A stretch of 56,818 nucleotides of DNA from a bacterium (GCA_030647205.1 JAUSJO010000002.1:371771-428588); one strand, 5' to 3'. Shown: positions 28,458 to 38,384, numbered from the stretch's first letter. The notes: generated by a model not told the origin, from the sequence alone. Made by a program: numbers and translations.

Positions 28458-29330
28458 ATGTATTGCATGAATTGTGGAAAAGAAAACGAAGATACGGCTC
28501 AAGCGTGCGTTGCTTGCGGGAAAAGTCTGGTAAATCAAGAGCTACCGGCTCAAAATACGCACCAAGTTTATAATGGACAGGCTCAGCAACAGAGTAATGT
28601 TGGCGTAACTCCTCCTGGTGGGAGTCAAAATATCAGCAATGAACTACCGCCGGAACTAAAGAAATTTAACTGGGGCGCATTCTTTTTTAGTTGGATTTGG
28701 GGGATAGGGAACGGAGTTTGGATAGCTCTCTTGGTTTTTCTTTTCCAATCTATTCCGGCTTTCGGAAGTCTTGTAGGTATTATCACGGGCAGCTTTTCGG
28801 AGCAAGCAGGAGCGGTTATAACGAGCATAATTACCTTTGTGGGGGTTATTGGCCAGATCGGTTTTCTCATATGGCTTGGGATAAACGGAAACAGGTTGGC
28901 ATGGAAAACCGGGAGGTGGGCAGATATAGAAAAATTTAAAGCGACACAGAAGAAATGGGCGATTGCAGGTTTGGTTTTTGTTGGCGGGTTTATCATAATC
29001 CCCATACTGATGCTTATAGTCATTGGTGCTACAGGCGGGGCTAAGGATAAAGCCGATGATGCAAAACGAAGTGCGGATTTATCAAGAATTCAGTATTCTC
29101 TTGAGGATTGCTATGATCCAAGCACTGAGTCATATCCGGTGGATTTGAACGATAGATGTATCACAAGTAAGTTTGATAATGGAGTAGTGCCAAAAGATCC
29201 TGCTACCGGCTTTGAGTATGAGTATAAAGTTGTTGGTACGCCCCCAAAGTCATACGCTTTAACCGCTAAAATGAAAAGTGCTGGTATTGGCGTTGAGAAC
29301 GGGCTCTTAATTTTAAAAAACAGGCAATAA
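28458..29330 (+). CDS. zinc-ribbon / multi-pass membrane protein with C-terminal type IV pilin-like domain
   Basis: N-terminal CMNCGK...CVACGK. NWGAFFFSWIWGIGNGVW membrane module. C-terminus KRSADLSRIQYSLEDCYD...YPVDL...PKDPATGFEYEYKVVG...YALTAKMKS...LILKNRQ. Confidence 0.6.
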   Translation: MYCMNCGKENEDTAQACVACGKSLVNQELPAQNTHQVYNGQAQQQSNVGVTPPGGSQNISNELPPELKKFNWGAFFFSWIWGIGNGVWIALLVFLFQSIPAFGSLVGIITGSFSEQAGAVITSIITFVGVIGQIGFLIWLGINGNRLAWKTGRWADIEKFKATQKKWAIAGLVFVGGFIIIPILMLIVIGATGGAKDKADDAKRSADLSRIQYSLEDCYDPSTESYPVDLNDRCITSKFDNGVVPKDPATGFEYEYKVVGTPPKSYALTAKMKSAGIGVENGLLILKNRQ

Positions 29331-29342
29331 ACCCAACTCATA

Positions 29343-29371
29343 AAAATAACGACCCATCTGGGCCGTTATTT
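29343..29371 (+). terminator. rho-independent terminator (homologous to 28359-28389)
   Basis: AAATAACGACCC-ATCT-GGGCCGTTATTT. Confidence 0.7.
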
Positions 29372-29444
29372 GATTTTTATGCTTTAAAAAAGTATAATTT
29401 AGCTTAATGAGGGTTTTGTTCCTTTCATCTAATAGGAGGCGGGA

Positions 29445-29693
29445 ATGTCTGTTACTATCGAACAGCTTGCAGATGAGATGTATGAGGCGGTCAAGGAGGC
29501 TAACGGTGTGAAGAAGTTAAAGCCCGGCGAGGTCATGAAGGCTGCTCAGCAAAAACATGGAGACGGAGAAGTATCAAAGAAAGATTGCAAGGCAGCATTG
29601 AAGCTGCTTATCGACTCCGGTCGCTGCGTCTATGAGTACTTTGGGGGAACCTTCATCGGGATTCCTCGCGTAGAGGCAGCAGCGAACGAGTAA
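29445..29693 (+). CDS. small protein (82 aa), possibly DsrD-like winged helix
   Basis: AGGAGG SD. SKKDCKAALKLLIDSGRCVYEYFGGTFIGI resembles, from memory, the recognition-helix/wing region of DsrD-type proteins. GC-rich. Tentative. Confidence 0.5.
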   Translation: MSVTIEQLADEMYEAVKEANGVKKLKPGEVMKAAQQKHGDGEVSKKDCKAALKLLIDSGRCVYEYFGGTFIGIPRVEAAANE

Positions 29694-29718
29694 CAGTAAA
29701 AGAACCTATAAACGGTTA

Positions 29719-29747
29719 GGGCGGGATTTGCTTCGCAAATCCCGCCC
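29719..29747. terminator. bidirectional terminator
   Basis: GGGCGGGATTTGC-TTC-GCAAATCCCGCCC. Confidence 0.8.
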
Positions 29748-29761
29748 ATTTTCTCTGTTTT

Positions 29762-29959
29762 TTATTTCGCTTTACGTTTCGAGAAGATGAAGATATAGAA
29801 GAGTTCTAGAATTGCGAGAGTGTTCACGATTAGAAGCACTATAAACCATGCTTTGTCGTCATTACGAGCTGCTTTCCAGAGTGCGAGGCCTTTCCATGGA
29901 ATAGTCCAAATAGCTAAAGCTACCAGAATCCATGAGTTATTTAAAATAAATTGATCCAT
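29762..29959 (-). CDS. small two-helix membrane protein (65 aa)
   Basis: WILVALAIWTIPWKGLALWKAARNDDKAWFIVLLIVNTLAILELFYIF. Confidence 0.5.
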   Translation of the reverse strand: MDQFILNNSWILVALAIWTIPWKGLALWKAARNDDKAWFIVLLIVNTLAILELFYIFIFSKRKAK

Positions 29960-30148
29960 AATATCCTTTCATAAATTAGTTATGTTAATATTTTACCCTA
30001 AAAATATTAACGTGCAATAGCCATTCAAACTAATTATTCTTTACAGAAGGGGGATTTTTTGGTATCATTTTATAGTCTTTGAAAAAGGACTAAATCAAAA
30101 GAAAGCCGTTCTGCATACAATACGATGCGGAATGATAGGAAAAGTGAA

Positions 30149-31351
30149 ATGGCGAAAGCTAAAGAAATGACAATGGAAGACTTGATGGCCGCATGTGGGG
30201 ACATCAATGTGCCTAAAGAAGGAGACGTTCTTGAAGGCGCTGTTATTAGTGTTACGAAAAATGGTGTCTGGCTCGATCTGGGCACATATGGAACCGGACT
30301 TGTTGTAGGGCCGGAGGTAACTGACGTTGAAGACGGCGCGAAAGTCGGTGATACGATGAGCGCGTCTGTAATTTATCAGGAAACTGATGAAGGGTACGTG
30401 CTTTTATCTCTCAGAAAAGCAACTCGCGAGAGAGTTTGGGAGAAACTAACCCGAATGATGAACGAGGGTGAAGTTTTCAAGGTAAAGCCGTTTGATGCAA
30501 ACAAGGGCGGACTTTTAATAGAATATGAAACAGTTAGGGGATTTTTGCCGGTATCACAACTTTCAACCGAGCATTATCCAAGAGTATCTGACAAGGATGA
30601 AATATTACTACGATTAAACGAACTTATCGGACAGGCGCTGGATGTGGTTGTGCTTGACGTAGACAAGCCTGAGAGTAAACTTATATTCTCAGAAAAAGCT
30701 GCGATGAAAGACAAAACTGAAGCGCTTCTGGGCAAGTTCAATATCGGTGAAAAAGTTAATGGTAAAGTTACCGGAGTTGTAGACTTTGGAATTTTCCTAA
30801 ACGTTCAGGGTGTTGAAGGTTTGGTTCACATTTCAGAAATATCATGGGACAGAGTTGATAATCCTTCAGACTTTGTAAAAGTCGGTGATGAAGCGGAAGT
30901 TCAGATTATTGGGATTGAAAATGAGAAGATTTCCTTGTCAATGAAGAGGCTGACTGACGATCCTTGGGTAAAGAAAGTTAAAGATATCAAGGTTGGAGAC
31001 AAAATCAAAGGTGAAGTATCAAGAATTACTCCGTTTGGAGCATTCGTGAAGTTGCCTGAAGGTATCGAGGCGCTTGTACATATTTCAGAACTTTCAGAAA
31101 AACACATAGCATCACCTGATGAGGTAGTCGCAGAAGGCAAGAAGTATGACTTCAAAGTGATTTCACTTGATATTGATAATCATAAGTTGGCGCTTTCTAT
31201 GAAAGAGTCAAAACCGGCTTCAAAAGAAAAACCTGTGAAGGATTCAGCTGAAAAGGGAGAGGAGAAAGCGGAAGCAAAAGAGAAAAAGGCAGTGAAAGAA
31301 GCACCGAAGAAAAAAGAAGTGAAAAAAGACACAGAAAAGGCTGAAAAGTAA
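30149..31351 (+). CDS. rpsA: 30S ribosomal protein S1 with Lys/Glu-rich C-terminal tail
   Basis: Repeated S1 domains (G.V.G.V..V...G.FV.L, HISE). Start is ATG 30149 (AGGAAAAG SD) or 30125. Confidence 0.85.
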   Translation: MAKAKEMTMEDLMAACGDINVPKEGDVLEGAVISVTKNGVWLDLGTYGTGLVVGPEVTDVEDGAKVGDTMSASVIYQETDEGYVLLSLRKATRERVWEKLTRMMNEGEVFKVKPFDANKGGLLIEYETVRGFLPVSQLSTEHYPRVSDKDEILLRLNELIGQALDVVVLDVDKPESKLIFSEKAAMKDKTEALLGKFNIGEKVNGKVTGVVDFGIFLNVQGVEGLVHISEISWDRVDNPSDFVKVGDEAEVQIIGIENEKISLSMKRLTDDPWVKKVKDIKVGDKIKGEVSRITPFGAFVKLPEGIEALVHISELSEKHIASPDEVVAEGKKYDFKVISLDIDNHKLALSMKESKPASKEKPVKDSAEKGEEKAEAKEKKAVKEAPKKKEVKKDTEKAEK

Positions 31352-31450
31352 GACGATGTAAAGCAAGTCTTCTTAAATTTTGAAATTTCAAAAAATCCGC
31401 CTTTTTGAGGGGATTTTTTGATGGGAACGAAAATTATTTAAAGTAAAAAC

Positions 31451-33214
31451 ATGACAGAAGTAACAAACAAAAAAATAATACCTGAGGTTGTGACAGTAGG
31501 CGATTTTGCGCATGCTCTAGGTGTTCCCGTGGCCAAAGTCGTTGCCGAACTGATGAAAAACGGCGTGATGGCAACTATTAACGAATATATAGACTTCGAA
31601 ACAGCGGAGATTATCGCTGAATATCTGGGCTTTGAGGTGGAAAAAGAAGTAACAGATAAGCCGATCAAAGAAGAAAAGAAAACGGAAGTTCACAAGGGCG
31701 ATATGGTACCAAGACCTCCTATCGTTGCTGTTCTTGGTCATGTTGATCATGGTAAGACTTCCCTTCTTGACGCGATCCGTGAGACAGATGTAGTTGGCAA
31801 AGAGTCAGGCGGGATTACTCAGCACATCGGTGCTTATCAGGTAGAGAAAAATGGCCGGAAAATAACATTTCTAGATACTCCCGGTCATGCCGCATTTGAA
31901 AAAATGAGGCAGCAGGGTGCGGAAGTTACAGATATTGCATTGATCCTTGTTGCAGCCGATGACGGTGTAAAACCGCAGACAGTTGAAGCGATAAATCATG
32001 CAAAAAAAGCCGAAACACCGATGATTGTAGTGATAACAAAGATAGATAAACCCGATGCTGATATAACAAGGGCGAAACAGCAGGTTGCAGAACTTGGGCT
32101 AAATCCTGAGGAGTGGGGTGGAGATACTCCGGTGGCAGAGGTATCAGCAAAGACAAAAGAGGGGCTAGACGATCTTCTTGAACTAATACTTGTGATGGCT
32201 GATGTCAGCGACTTCATGGCTGATCCTAAAATGCCGGCATCCGGCATAGCTATCGAAACTCATATGGACTATGGAAAGGGTCCGGTCGCTACAATTTTGG
32301 TAAAAAACGGAACTTTGAGAGTCGGTGACTATGTTTCGGTAGGTGAAACCTATGGAAAAATCAGGGCGATGGAGGATCATAAGAAAAAGAGACTAAAAGA
32401 GGCCCCGCCTTCTATGGCCGTCAGGGTATCGGGCTTGAAAGGTGTACCAAAAATTTCTGATTTACTACAGGTATTTTCAGATGAAAAAGAAGCTAGATCC
32501 GAGATAGAAAACATCAAGAAGACGAGAAAAATAAGTTCACTAGCGAACGTAAAGAAAATCGGATTTGAGGAACTTTCCGAGTCAATGAAAGATTCTGAGA
32601 AAAAAGAGCTGACCGTGGTTCTAAAAACTGATGTTCGGGGCTCACTTGATGCTATCAAGGAAGCTTTCAAGAAGATTTCAAACAATGAGGTAGCCATCAA
32701 GGTTGTTTCCGGGAAAGTCGGCGATATTACAGAAAATGATATACAGATGGCAAAGTCTGCTGGCAACATCATTATCGGTTTCAATGTCTCAATCCCTTCG
32801 AATATTTTGACTCTCTCCAAGCAGGAAAAAGTTAAAATTTATACTTATAAAGTTATTTATGAACTCCTTGATGATGTTAAAAACTTGCTTTCAGATCTTC
32901 TTCCGCCGGAAATTAAAGAACTAACCCTAGGCAAACTTACAGTTTTAAAGATTTTTAAGTCGGGTAAAGGCCAGATGGTTGTTGGCGGGGAAGTGAAAGA
33001 GGGTAAAATAGAGAAAGATACGGAAGTGCGGGTTATGCGCAGCAAGGAAGAGATTGATAGAGCGCACATTACCTTGGTAAAGAAGGAAAAGGATGAGGTC
33101 CGGGAAGCACAAGTCGGCACTCAGTGCGGTATCAGTCTGGATAAAGAAATCCCAATCGAAGAAGGTGATATTATCGAGTCATTTAGAATAGAAAAAGTAA
33201 AAAGAACGCTCTAA
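31451..33214 (+). CDS. infB: translation initiation factor IF-2
   Basis: GHVDHGKTSLLD, DTPGH, TKID G-domain motifs. Short N-terminal region. Confidence 0.95.
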   Translation: MTEVTNKKIIPEVVTVGDFAHALGVPVAKVVAELMKNGVMATINEYIDFETAEIIAEYLGFEVEKEVTDKPIKEEKKTEVHKGDMVPRPPIVAVLGHVDHGKTSLLDAIRETDVVGKESGGITQHIGAYQVEKNGRKITFLDTPGHAAFEKMRQQGAEVTDIALILVAADDGVKPQTVEAINHAKKAETPMIVVITKIDKPDADITRAKQQVAELGLNPEEWGGDTPVAEVSAKTKEGLDDLLELILVMADVSDFMADPKMPASGIAIETHMDYGKGPVATILVKNGTLRVGDYVSVGETYGKIRAMEDHKKKRLKEAPPSMAVRVSGLKGVPKISDLLQVFSDEKEARSEIENIKKTRKISSLANVKKIGFEELSESMKDSEKKELTVVLKTDVRGSLDAIKEAFKKISNNEVAIKVVSGKVGDITENDIQMAKSAGNIIIGFNVSIPSNILTLSKQEKVKIYTYKVIYELLDDVKNLLSDLLPPEIKELTLGKLTVLKIFKSGKGQMVVGGEVKEGKIEKDTEVRVMRSKEEIDRAHITLVKKEKDEVREAQVGTQCGISLDKEIPIEEGDIIESFRIEKVKRTL

Positions 33215-33215
33215 G

Positions 33216-33545
33216 ATGTCAGACAGGATTCGAAAAGTTAATGAACTCATAAAACATGAAGTGGCTGAGGCCTTAAAAAGGGAAGGTGTCGGCGGTTTTG
33301 TGACCGTGAAAGCAGTAGAAACGACCCGGGATATGAAGCATGCGGATGTTTGGGTGAGTATAATCGGAGAAAACGAGGAAGAAACGTTAACCGAGATTGA
33401 AGAGAAAAGGCGAGAGGTTCAGCAAGCCGTGAGTGCCAAACTAACGTCAAGAAATGTGCCGGCAATAAAGTTCCGCTTAGACCACTCCGGCGCATATGCT
33501 CAAAAGATAGAGGAGTTACTGAAAAATGGCAGCTCAGAGAGTTAA
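33216..33545 (+). CDS. rbfA: ribosome-binding factor A
   Basis: RIRKVNELIKHEVAEAL...VTVKAVETTRDMKHADVWVS. Immediately follows infB. Confidence 0.9.
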   Translation: MSDRIRKVNELIKHEVAEALKREGVGGFVTVKAVETTRDMKHADVWVSIIGENEEETLTEIEEKRREVQQAVSAKLTSRNVPAIKFRLDHSGAYAQKIEELLKNGSSES

Positions 33546-34500
33546 TCCAAAAGAAATAGCCAAACTTTTAGAGGAAGCAAAAAGTGTGGCTATTTTTGGT
33601 CATATACTACCGGATGGCGACTGTTATGGTGGCGTCTTTGCCCTAAAAATAGCTCTGGAGGGTATTGGCAAAGATGTTTTTTCTTATATTTCTGATGTTG
33701 TCCCCGAGTACTTAACTTTTCTCGAGGATTATGAAAGCTTAAAGTCGCAAAAAGAGTTTTGTTCAGCTGACTTGGCCCTGGTTCTTGACTCGTCAGACTT
33801 AAAAAGGACGGAAAATAGTGACTTTCTTTATGAATACAAAAAAACGGGGGCGAAAATATGCTTGGTTGACCATCACACAACCGGAGATTTGATAGATTTT
33901 GTCGATTATGCATGGCAGGATACGGCGAAAAGTTCAACCAGTGAAATGGTTTTAGATGTCTTGAAAGAAATGAATTTGAAAATAAAAAAAGAAGCGGCAA
34001 CCTTGCTTTTGACCGGGATAGAAACGGATACATCAAGTTTTCAAAACCAGAATACAACAGTTGAGGCACTTGAGGCGTCAGCATTTTTGATGTCGAAGGG
34101 TGCCCGGCTTGCCCGCATAGTAAACAACACTTTTCATGCGAAGGATATGGATACGATCAAACTATACGGACTTGTCCTTGAGAGGCTGGTTTATAATGAG
34201 AAATATGGAACGATTGTCGGCTATCTTACCCAAAAAGACGCGCGCGATCTTGGGATAGAAGGGGATATTTCAACTGGCGTTGCCAACTACCTAAATACTA
34301 TAGAAGATGCGAAGATGATTGTTTTTATTACTGAAGTGGAGGAAGGCGTGCTGAAGGTAAGCTTGCGGACCAGGGATGAGGGTGTCGATGTTTCTACTTT
34401 AGCCAAAGCGTTTGGTGGTGGCGGGCATGTTAAGGCTAGCGGGTTTACAGTAAGGGGGAAAGTTACAAACATTGACGGTAAAATAAAAATCACTTGTTGA
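33526..34500 (+). CDS. nrnA: DHH/DHHA1 phosphoesterase (NrnA-like oligoribonuclease / pAp phosphatase)
   Basis: GHILPDGDCYG, VDHH, C-terminal GGGH. Overlaps the rbfA 3' end. Confidence 0.8.
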   Translation: MAAQRVNPKEIAKLLEEAKSVAIFGHILPDGDCYGGVFALKIALEGIGKDVFSYISDVVPEYLTFLEDYESLKSQKEFCSADLALVLDSSDLKRTENSDFLYEYKKTGAKICLVDHHTTGDLIDFVDYAWQDTAKSSTSEMVLDVLKEMNLKIKKEAATLLLTGIETDTSSFQNQNTTVEALEASAFLMSKGARLARIVNNTFHAKDMDTIKLYGLVLERLVYNEKYGTIVGYLTQKDARDLGIEGDISTGVANYLNTIEDAKMIVFITEVEEGVLKVSLRTRDEGVDVSTLAKAFGGGGHVKASGFTVRGKVTNIDGKIKITC

Positions 34501-34557
34501 TAAGATATTTTTTGTGTTACTATTAGTTTAAATTGAAATTAGTTACGAGGAGGCGAT

Positions 34558-34941
34558 ATGGAGGGAGATAAAAAGGAAAAAATCCTTATTATCGAAGATG
34601 ATAGATTTATAGCCAAGATGTACCAAACAAAGCTGGATCTTGAAGGCTATAATGTTGAGGTTGCAGAAAATGGTGCGGTTGGTGTGGAAAAGATTAAAAG
34701 TTTTGAGCCGGACTTGGTTTTACTTGATATTATAATGCCGGAAATGGACGGATTTGGCGTACTTGAAGCTATTCGAGATGACGATGCTATAAACTCAACG
34801 CCGGTAGTTGTAATGAGTAACCTTGCTCAGGAAGACCATTTGAAAAGAGCCAAGGCATTAGGTGCAAAAGATTACATAGTAAAGAGTCAGTTTACGCCGA
34901 TGGATGTAGTCAAAAAGATAAAAGAAGTTTTAGCGCGCTAG
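34558..34941 (+). CDS. stand-alone response regulator receiver domain (CheY-like)
   Basis: ILIIEDD, LVLLDIIMPEMDG, VVVMSN, KDYIVK. GAGGAGG SD. Confidence 0.85.
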   Translation: MEGDKKEKILIIEDDRFIAKMYQTKLDLEGYNVEVAENGAVGVEKIKSFEPDLVLLDIIMPEMDGFGVLEAIRDDDAINSTPVVVMSNLAQEDHLKRAKALGAKDYIVKSQFTPMDVVKKIKEVLAR

Positions 34942-35909
34942 CTCAAGATCTCGCCGATAATTTTAGAGTTACCAAGTAGGAAATCGCTTGTTTTGAGCGG
35001 TTTTTTGCCTTCTAGCTGAACTTTATTTACGAGTAAAGTACCTTTAATGGTTTGAACGCCATAAAGTCCTGTCATTTCGGACCCCGATCCGGAATCTAGT
35101 TTTATAAATGTACCTGGTTTTTGGCCAGAATTTATATCCGAAGCAGTTGCCTCGATTATTTTTAGCATCTTACCATCCCAGAAAGTATAGGCGCTTGGCC
35201 ACGGGGCGTATGCCCGTACTTTGCGTTCAATTGTTTCAGCCGGTTCGTTCCAATCAATCTTGCCATCTGATTTTTGTATAATTTTAGAGAATGTGGCTTT
35301 TGAATGATCCTGCGTCTTTGGTGTTATTTTGCCATCAATATAATCCATAATAATATCCGGAAGTTTAGCTGCGGCCATGTTAAGCAGTGTTTCGCCGAGA
35401 GTCTCTGTTGTTTCTCTGCCATTTAGGTCAAGTTCGTCTTTATATATAATATCCCCAGCGTCAACCTCCTCTGCGACCTTTTGGATAACAAATCCTGCTT
35501 TTTTATCACCGCTTAATATCGTTGACTGTACAGGTGATGAGCCGCGGTGGAGAGGGAGTAGGGAGTAGTGCACATTTAGAAAGCCATATTTAGGCATATC
35601 TAGCGTTTTTGGGGTAATAATAATACCAAGAGAAGAAACTATCACTAAATCTGGATTTATCTGTTCAGTCACCTTCTCAAACTCTAGCTTGTTTTCCGCT
35701 TCAAAGATGGGTATATCTTTAGATTTAGCCAGTTTTTTAAGAGCAGGCTCTAAAGAAGCGCCACCTCTTCCTCTTGGCTTGTCTTTTTTTGTGACCAAGT
35801 TAAGATTATCGAAATTTTCGACCAATGCTTTAAAAATAGGTTCGGCAAAAGGTCCAGAACCGGCAAAGGCGATTTTAACGTTTTTTGTTTCTCTCGGCTT
35901 TTCTGACAT
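34938..35909 (-). CDS. fmt: methionyl-tRNA formyltransferase
   Basis: IAFAGSGPFA and LNVHYSLLPLHRGSSPVQ motifs. Downstream of def. Confidence 0.9.
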   Translation of the reverse strand: MSEKPRETKNVKIAFAGSGPFAEPIFKALVENFDNLNLVTKKDKPRGRGGASLEPALKKLAKSKDIPIFEAENKLEFEKVTEQINPDLVIVSSLGIIITPKTLDMPKYGFLNVHYSLLPLHRGSSPVQSTILSGDKKAGFVIQKVAEEVDAGDIIYKDELDLNGRETTETLGETLLNMAAAKLPDIIMDYIDGKITPKTQDHSKATFSKIIQKSDGKIDWNEPAETIERKVRAYAPWPSAYTFWDGKMLKIIEATASDINSGQKPGTFIKLDSGSGSEMTGLYGVQTIKGTLLVNKVQLEGKKPLKTSDFLLGNSKIIGEILS

Positions 35910-36426
35910 CTATATCTCCGCCCTTTGTTAACTTCGATTTATCAGTAATCAGGTCAATGAAAAGTATCCCATCCAAATGGTCAACCTCATGCTGCACAAT
36001 CCTAGCCAAGAGGCCGGAAGCGTTCATTTTTTCCCTTTTGCCCCCTATGGTTATCGCCTCAAAGCGTATTTTTTTCGGTCGTTCTACTGGTCCGAAATAT
36101 CCGGGATAGCTCAAGCACCCTTCATCCAGGATCACCTTATCTTTAGATAACTTGGTGATGACAGGATTAATAAAGGCGGTTAAGGGGATGGCTTTTTGGA
36201 TCAATTTTCCGTCTTTATCCCTTGCTTCGTTAACGCGTACAAGAATAATCCTCACACTTTCACCTATTTGCGGCGCAGCAATGGCTAATCCTTCAATTTC
36301 AGATGCCTCTAAGGCTATGGTCATATTCTCTATGACTGTTTTTATCTTTTCATCTATTTTTTCTACTTCCTTAGATTTTTTCCTTAAGATTGGGTTGGGG
36401 GAAGCCAGAATTTCTACTTTCTTCAT
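35875..36426 (-). CDS. def: peptide deformylase
   Basis: GLAIAAPQIG, EGCLSYPG, HEVDHLDG. ATG 36426 overlaps the priA stop (ATGA). Confidence 0.9.
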   Translation of the reverse strand: MKKVEILASPNPILRKKSKEVEKIDEKIKTVIENMTIALEASEIEGLAIAAPQIGESVRIILVRVNEARDKDGKLIQKAIPLTAFINPVITKLSKDKVILDEGCLSYPGYFGPVERPKKIRFEAITIGGKREKMNASGLLARIVQHEVDHLDGILFIDLITDKSKLTKGGDIDVRKAERNKKR

Positions 36427-38384
36427 ACTATTCCTATGGGGTTTATATCTACTTTCCACTTTTTACTAGTATATTTTACCATTTTTTTGGCTATCTCTTC
36501 AATATTTTCGTTCGGGCCGACTTTCAAAATAATTTGCCAGCGATATAGGTTATTGATTTTGGGAAGGAATGCAGGGGAGGGGCCGACCAAAACTATGTTT
36601 TTATTGGTCCCGATAATTTCCTGAGTAATTTCTTTACTCAAAGTGTCAGATTCTTTTTCGCATTTCTCAGGATCCTTGTTTGAATACAGCAAGTGAATTA
36701 TCTTTGAGTACGGAGGGTAGAAAAGCTCCTTTCTCTTGGGCAGTTCGCTCTCATAGAATGCTTCGTAGTCGTGCTTGGCTGCCATAGCTAGGATAGGACT
36801 CTCGGGATTATAAGATTGTAGGATAACTTTGCCTCTGTTCTTCCCGCGTCCGGTTCGACCTGATACTTGCGTGATGAGAGAGAAGGCGTGCTCAGAGGCG
36901 CGAAAATCGGGGAGATTGAGCATATTGTCGGCACTCACTATTCCTACGAGATCCACGTCGGGCAGATCCCATCCTTTGGCTATCATCTGAGTTCCAATAA
37001 GTATATCAAAGCTCTTATTTTTAAACTCCTCATAGATGTTTTTGTGGTCTTTTTTGACAGAGTCGGCATCCATCCTTTTTACCCGCGCTTTTGGGAAGAA
37101 TTGTCGGATCTCAGACTCTATTTTTTGTGTGCCTTTGCCGAAGTACTTTATGGCGTGAGATTTGCACTCAGGGCAGACGTTTGGCACCAGCGTCTTGTAG
37201 TCGCAGTGATGACAGTATAAGCCTGTTTGATTTCTGGTTTCGTGGTACACAAGAGGGATGTCGCACTTTGGGCACATGACCACATACCCGCAGTCTCGGC
37301 AGGAAACGAAAGTGGAGAATCCTCTTCGGTTCATGAATAAAACAACTTGGCGCTTTTCATCTAGAACCTTCTTTATCTCTTGCTGCAGTTTCTCAGAAAA
37401 AATGGACTTATTTCCATACTTAAACTCATTTCTCATGTCGACTATGATCGTTTCCGGCATTTTTTCCTGGACATATCTTTCCTCAAGTTTATGGAGATAA
37501 TACTTCCCGCTCTTTGCATAAAAAAATGACTCAAGTGACGGCGTGGCGCTTCCCAAAACTAAATGGGAGTCAGTCATTTCACTGAATTTCCCCGCAACCT
37601 CACATGTCAGGTATTTCGGATTACTATCTTGCTTGTAGCTTGTTTCGTGCTCCTCATCGATTACTATTAAACCCAAGCTATTAAATGGCAAAAAAAGCGC
37701 GCTTCTAGAGCCGATGACGATATTCTTACGACCCTCAGAGATATCTTTCCACACTCCAGCCCGTTCCGTTTCCTTCAGATAGCTGTGATACAAGGCGACT
37801 TGACCGGTAAAACGTTCCTCAAACCTCAAAACGGTTTGTGGCGTTAGGGCGACTTCAGGCACCAAAATTATAGCCTGTTTACCCGACTCTATGACTTTCT
37901 CTAGTACATCGAGGTAAACTTCGGTTTTCCCTGAACCGGTAACACCGAAGACCAGATGTGGTCTATCGGTTTTGCTCAAAATATCTTTGACGATTTTTGT
38001 CTGATTTACGGTTAGTTCAGGTCTTTTTCGTATCTGGCCATGGATTTTCTGCGGAGCAATTTCTCTTCTTTTCTTCAAAACCCCGGTTGGCAGGATAGTC
38101 TTTATAATTTCAGAAACGGGTGAGGCATAGTAGTCGCGCATCCATGGAATTATTTTCACCAAATGATCCGGAAGCGGACCCTCTAGAATCCCCGTAATAG
38201 CCTTGGTTTCAAAAACGGGTATATCTTCCGATCTAATCACAATTCCTGCTGATTTTTTTCCGCGGAAAGGCAAAGAGACAACGTGCCCGACTTTGATTTC
38301 ATTTCTCAAATCTTCAGGCACACTGTAAGTAAAAAAATCCTTGCTTCCGCTGCCGCCAGAGACGGCGCATAAAACGTATTCCAT
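36423..38384 (-). CDS. priA: primosomal protein N' (replication restart helicase PriA)
   Basis: GVTGSGKTE Walker A, DEEH, Cys4 zinc-binding insertions (CRDCGY..CPKC, CHHCDY..CPEC). ATG 38384 has TATAAT 7 nt upstream. Confidence 0.9.
   Translation of the reverse strand: MEYVLCAVSGGSGSKDFFTYSVPEDLRNEIKVGHVVSLPFRGKKSAGIVIRSEDIPVFETKAITGILEGPLPDHLVKIIPWMRDYYASPVSEIIKTILPTGVLKKRREIAPQKIHGQIRKRPELTVNQTKIVKDILSKTDRPHLVFGVTGSGKTEVYLDVLEKVIESGKQAIILVPEVALTPQTVLRFEERFTGQVALYHSYLKETERAGVWKDISEGRKNIVIGSRSALFLPFNSLGLIVIDEEHETSYKQDSNPKYLTCEVAGKFSEMTDSHLVLGSATPSLESFFYAKSGKYYLHKLEERYVQEKMPETIIVDMRNEFKYGNKSIFSEKLQQEIKKVLDEKRQVVLFMNRRGFSTFVSCRDCGYVVMCPKCDIPLVYHETRNQTGLYCHHCDYKTLVPNVCPECKSHAIKYFGKGTQKIESEIRQFFPKARVKRMDADSVKKDHKNIYEEFKNKSFDILIGTQMIAKGWDLPDVDLVGIVSADNMLNLPDFRASEHAFSLITQVSGRTGRGKNRGKVILQSYNPESPILAMAAKHDYEAFYESELPKRKELFYPPYSKIIHLLYSNKDPEKCEKESDTLSKEITQEIIGTNKNIVLVGPSPAFLPKINNLYRWQIILKVGPNENIEEIAKKMVKYTSKKWKVDINPIGIV

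Noticed and set aside
31438-33120. Series of antisense ORFs within infB (for example 32377-32820, 147 aa)
   Set aside because: These are typical shadow frames opposite a Lys/Glu-rich gene. They give Ser/Phe-rich low-complexity translations with no start signals. The same reasoning applies to antisense ORFs in secD/secF (44998-45399, 45864-46328), rel, hisS and mtaB.
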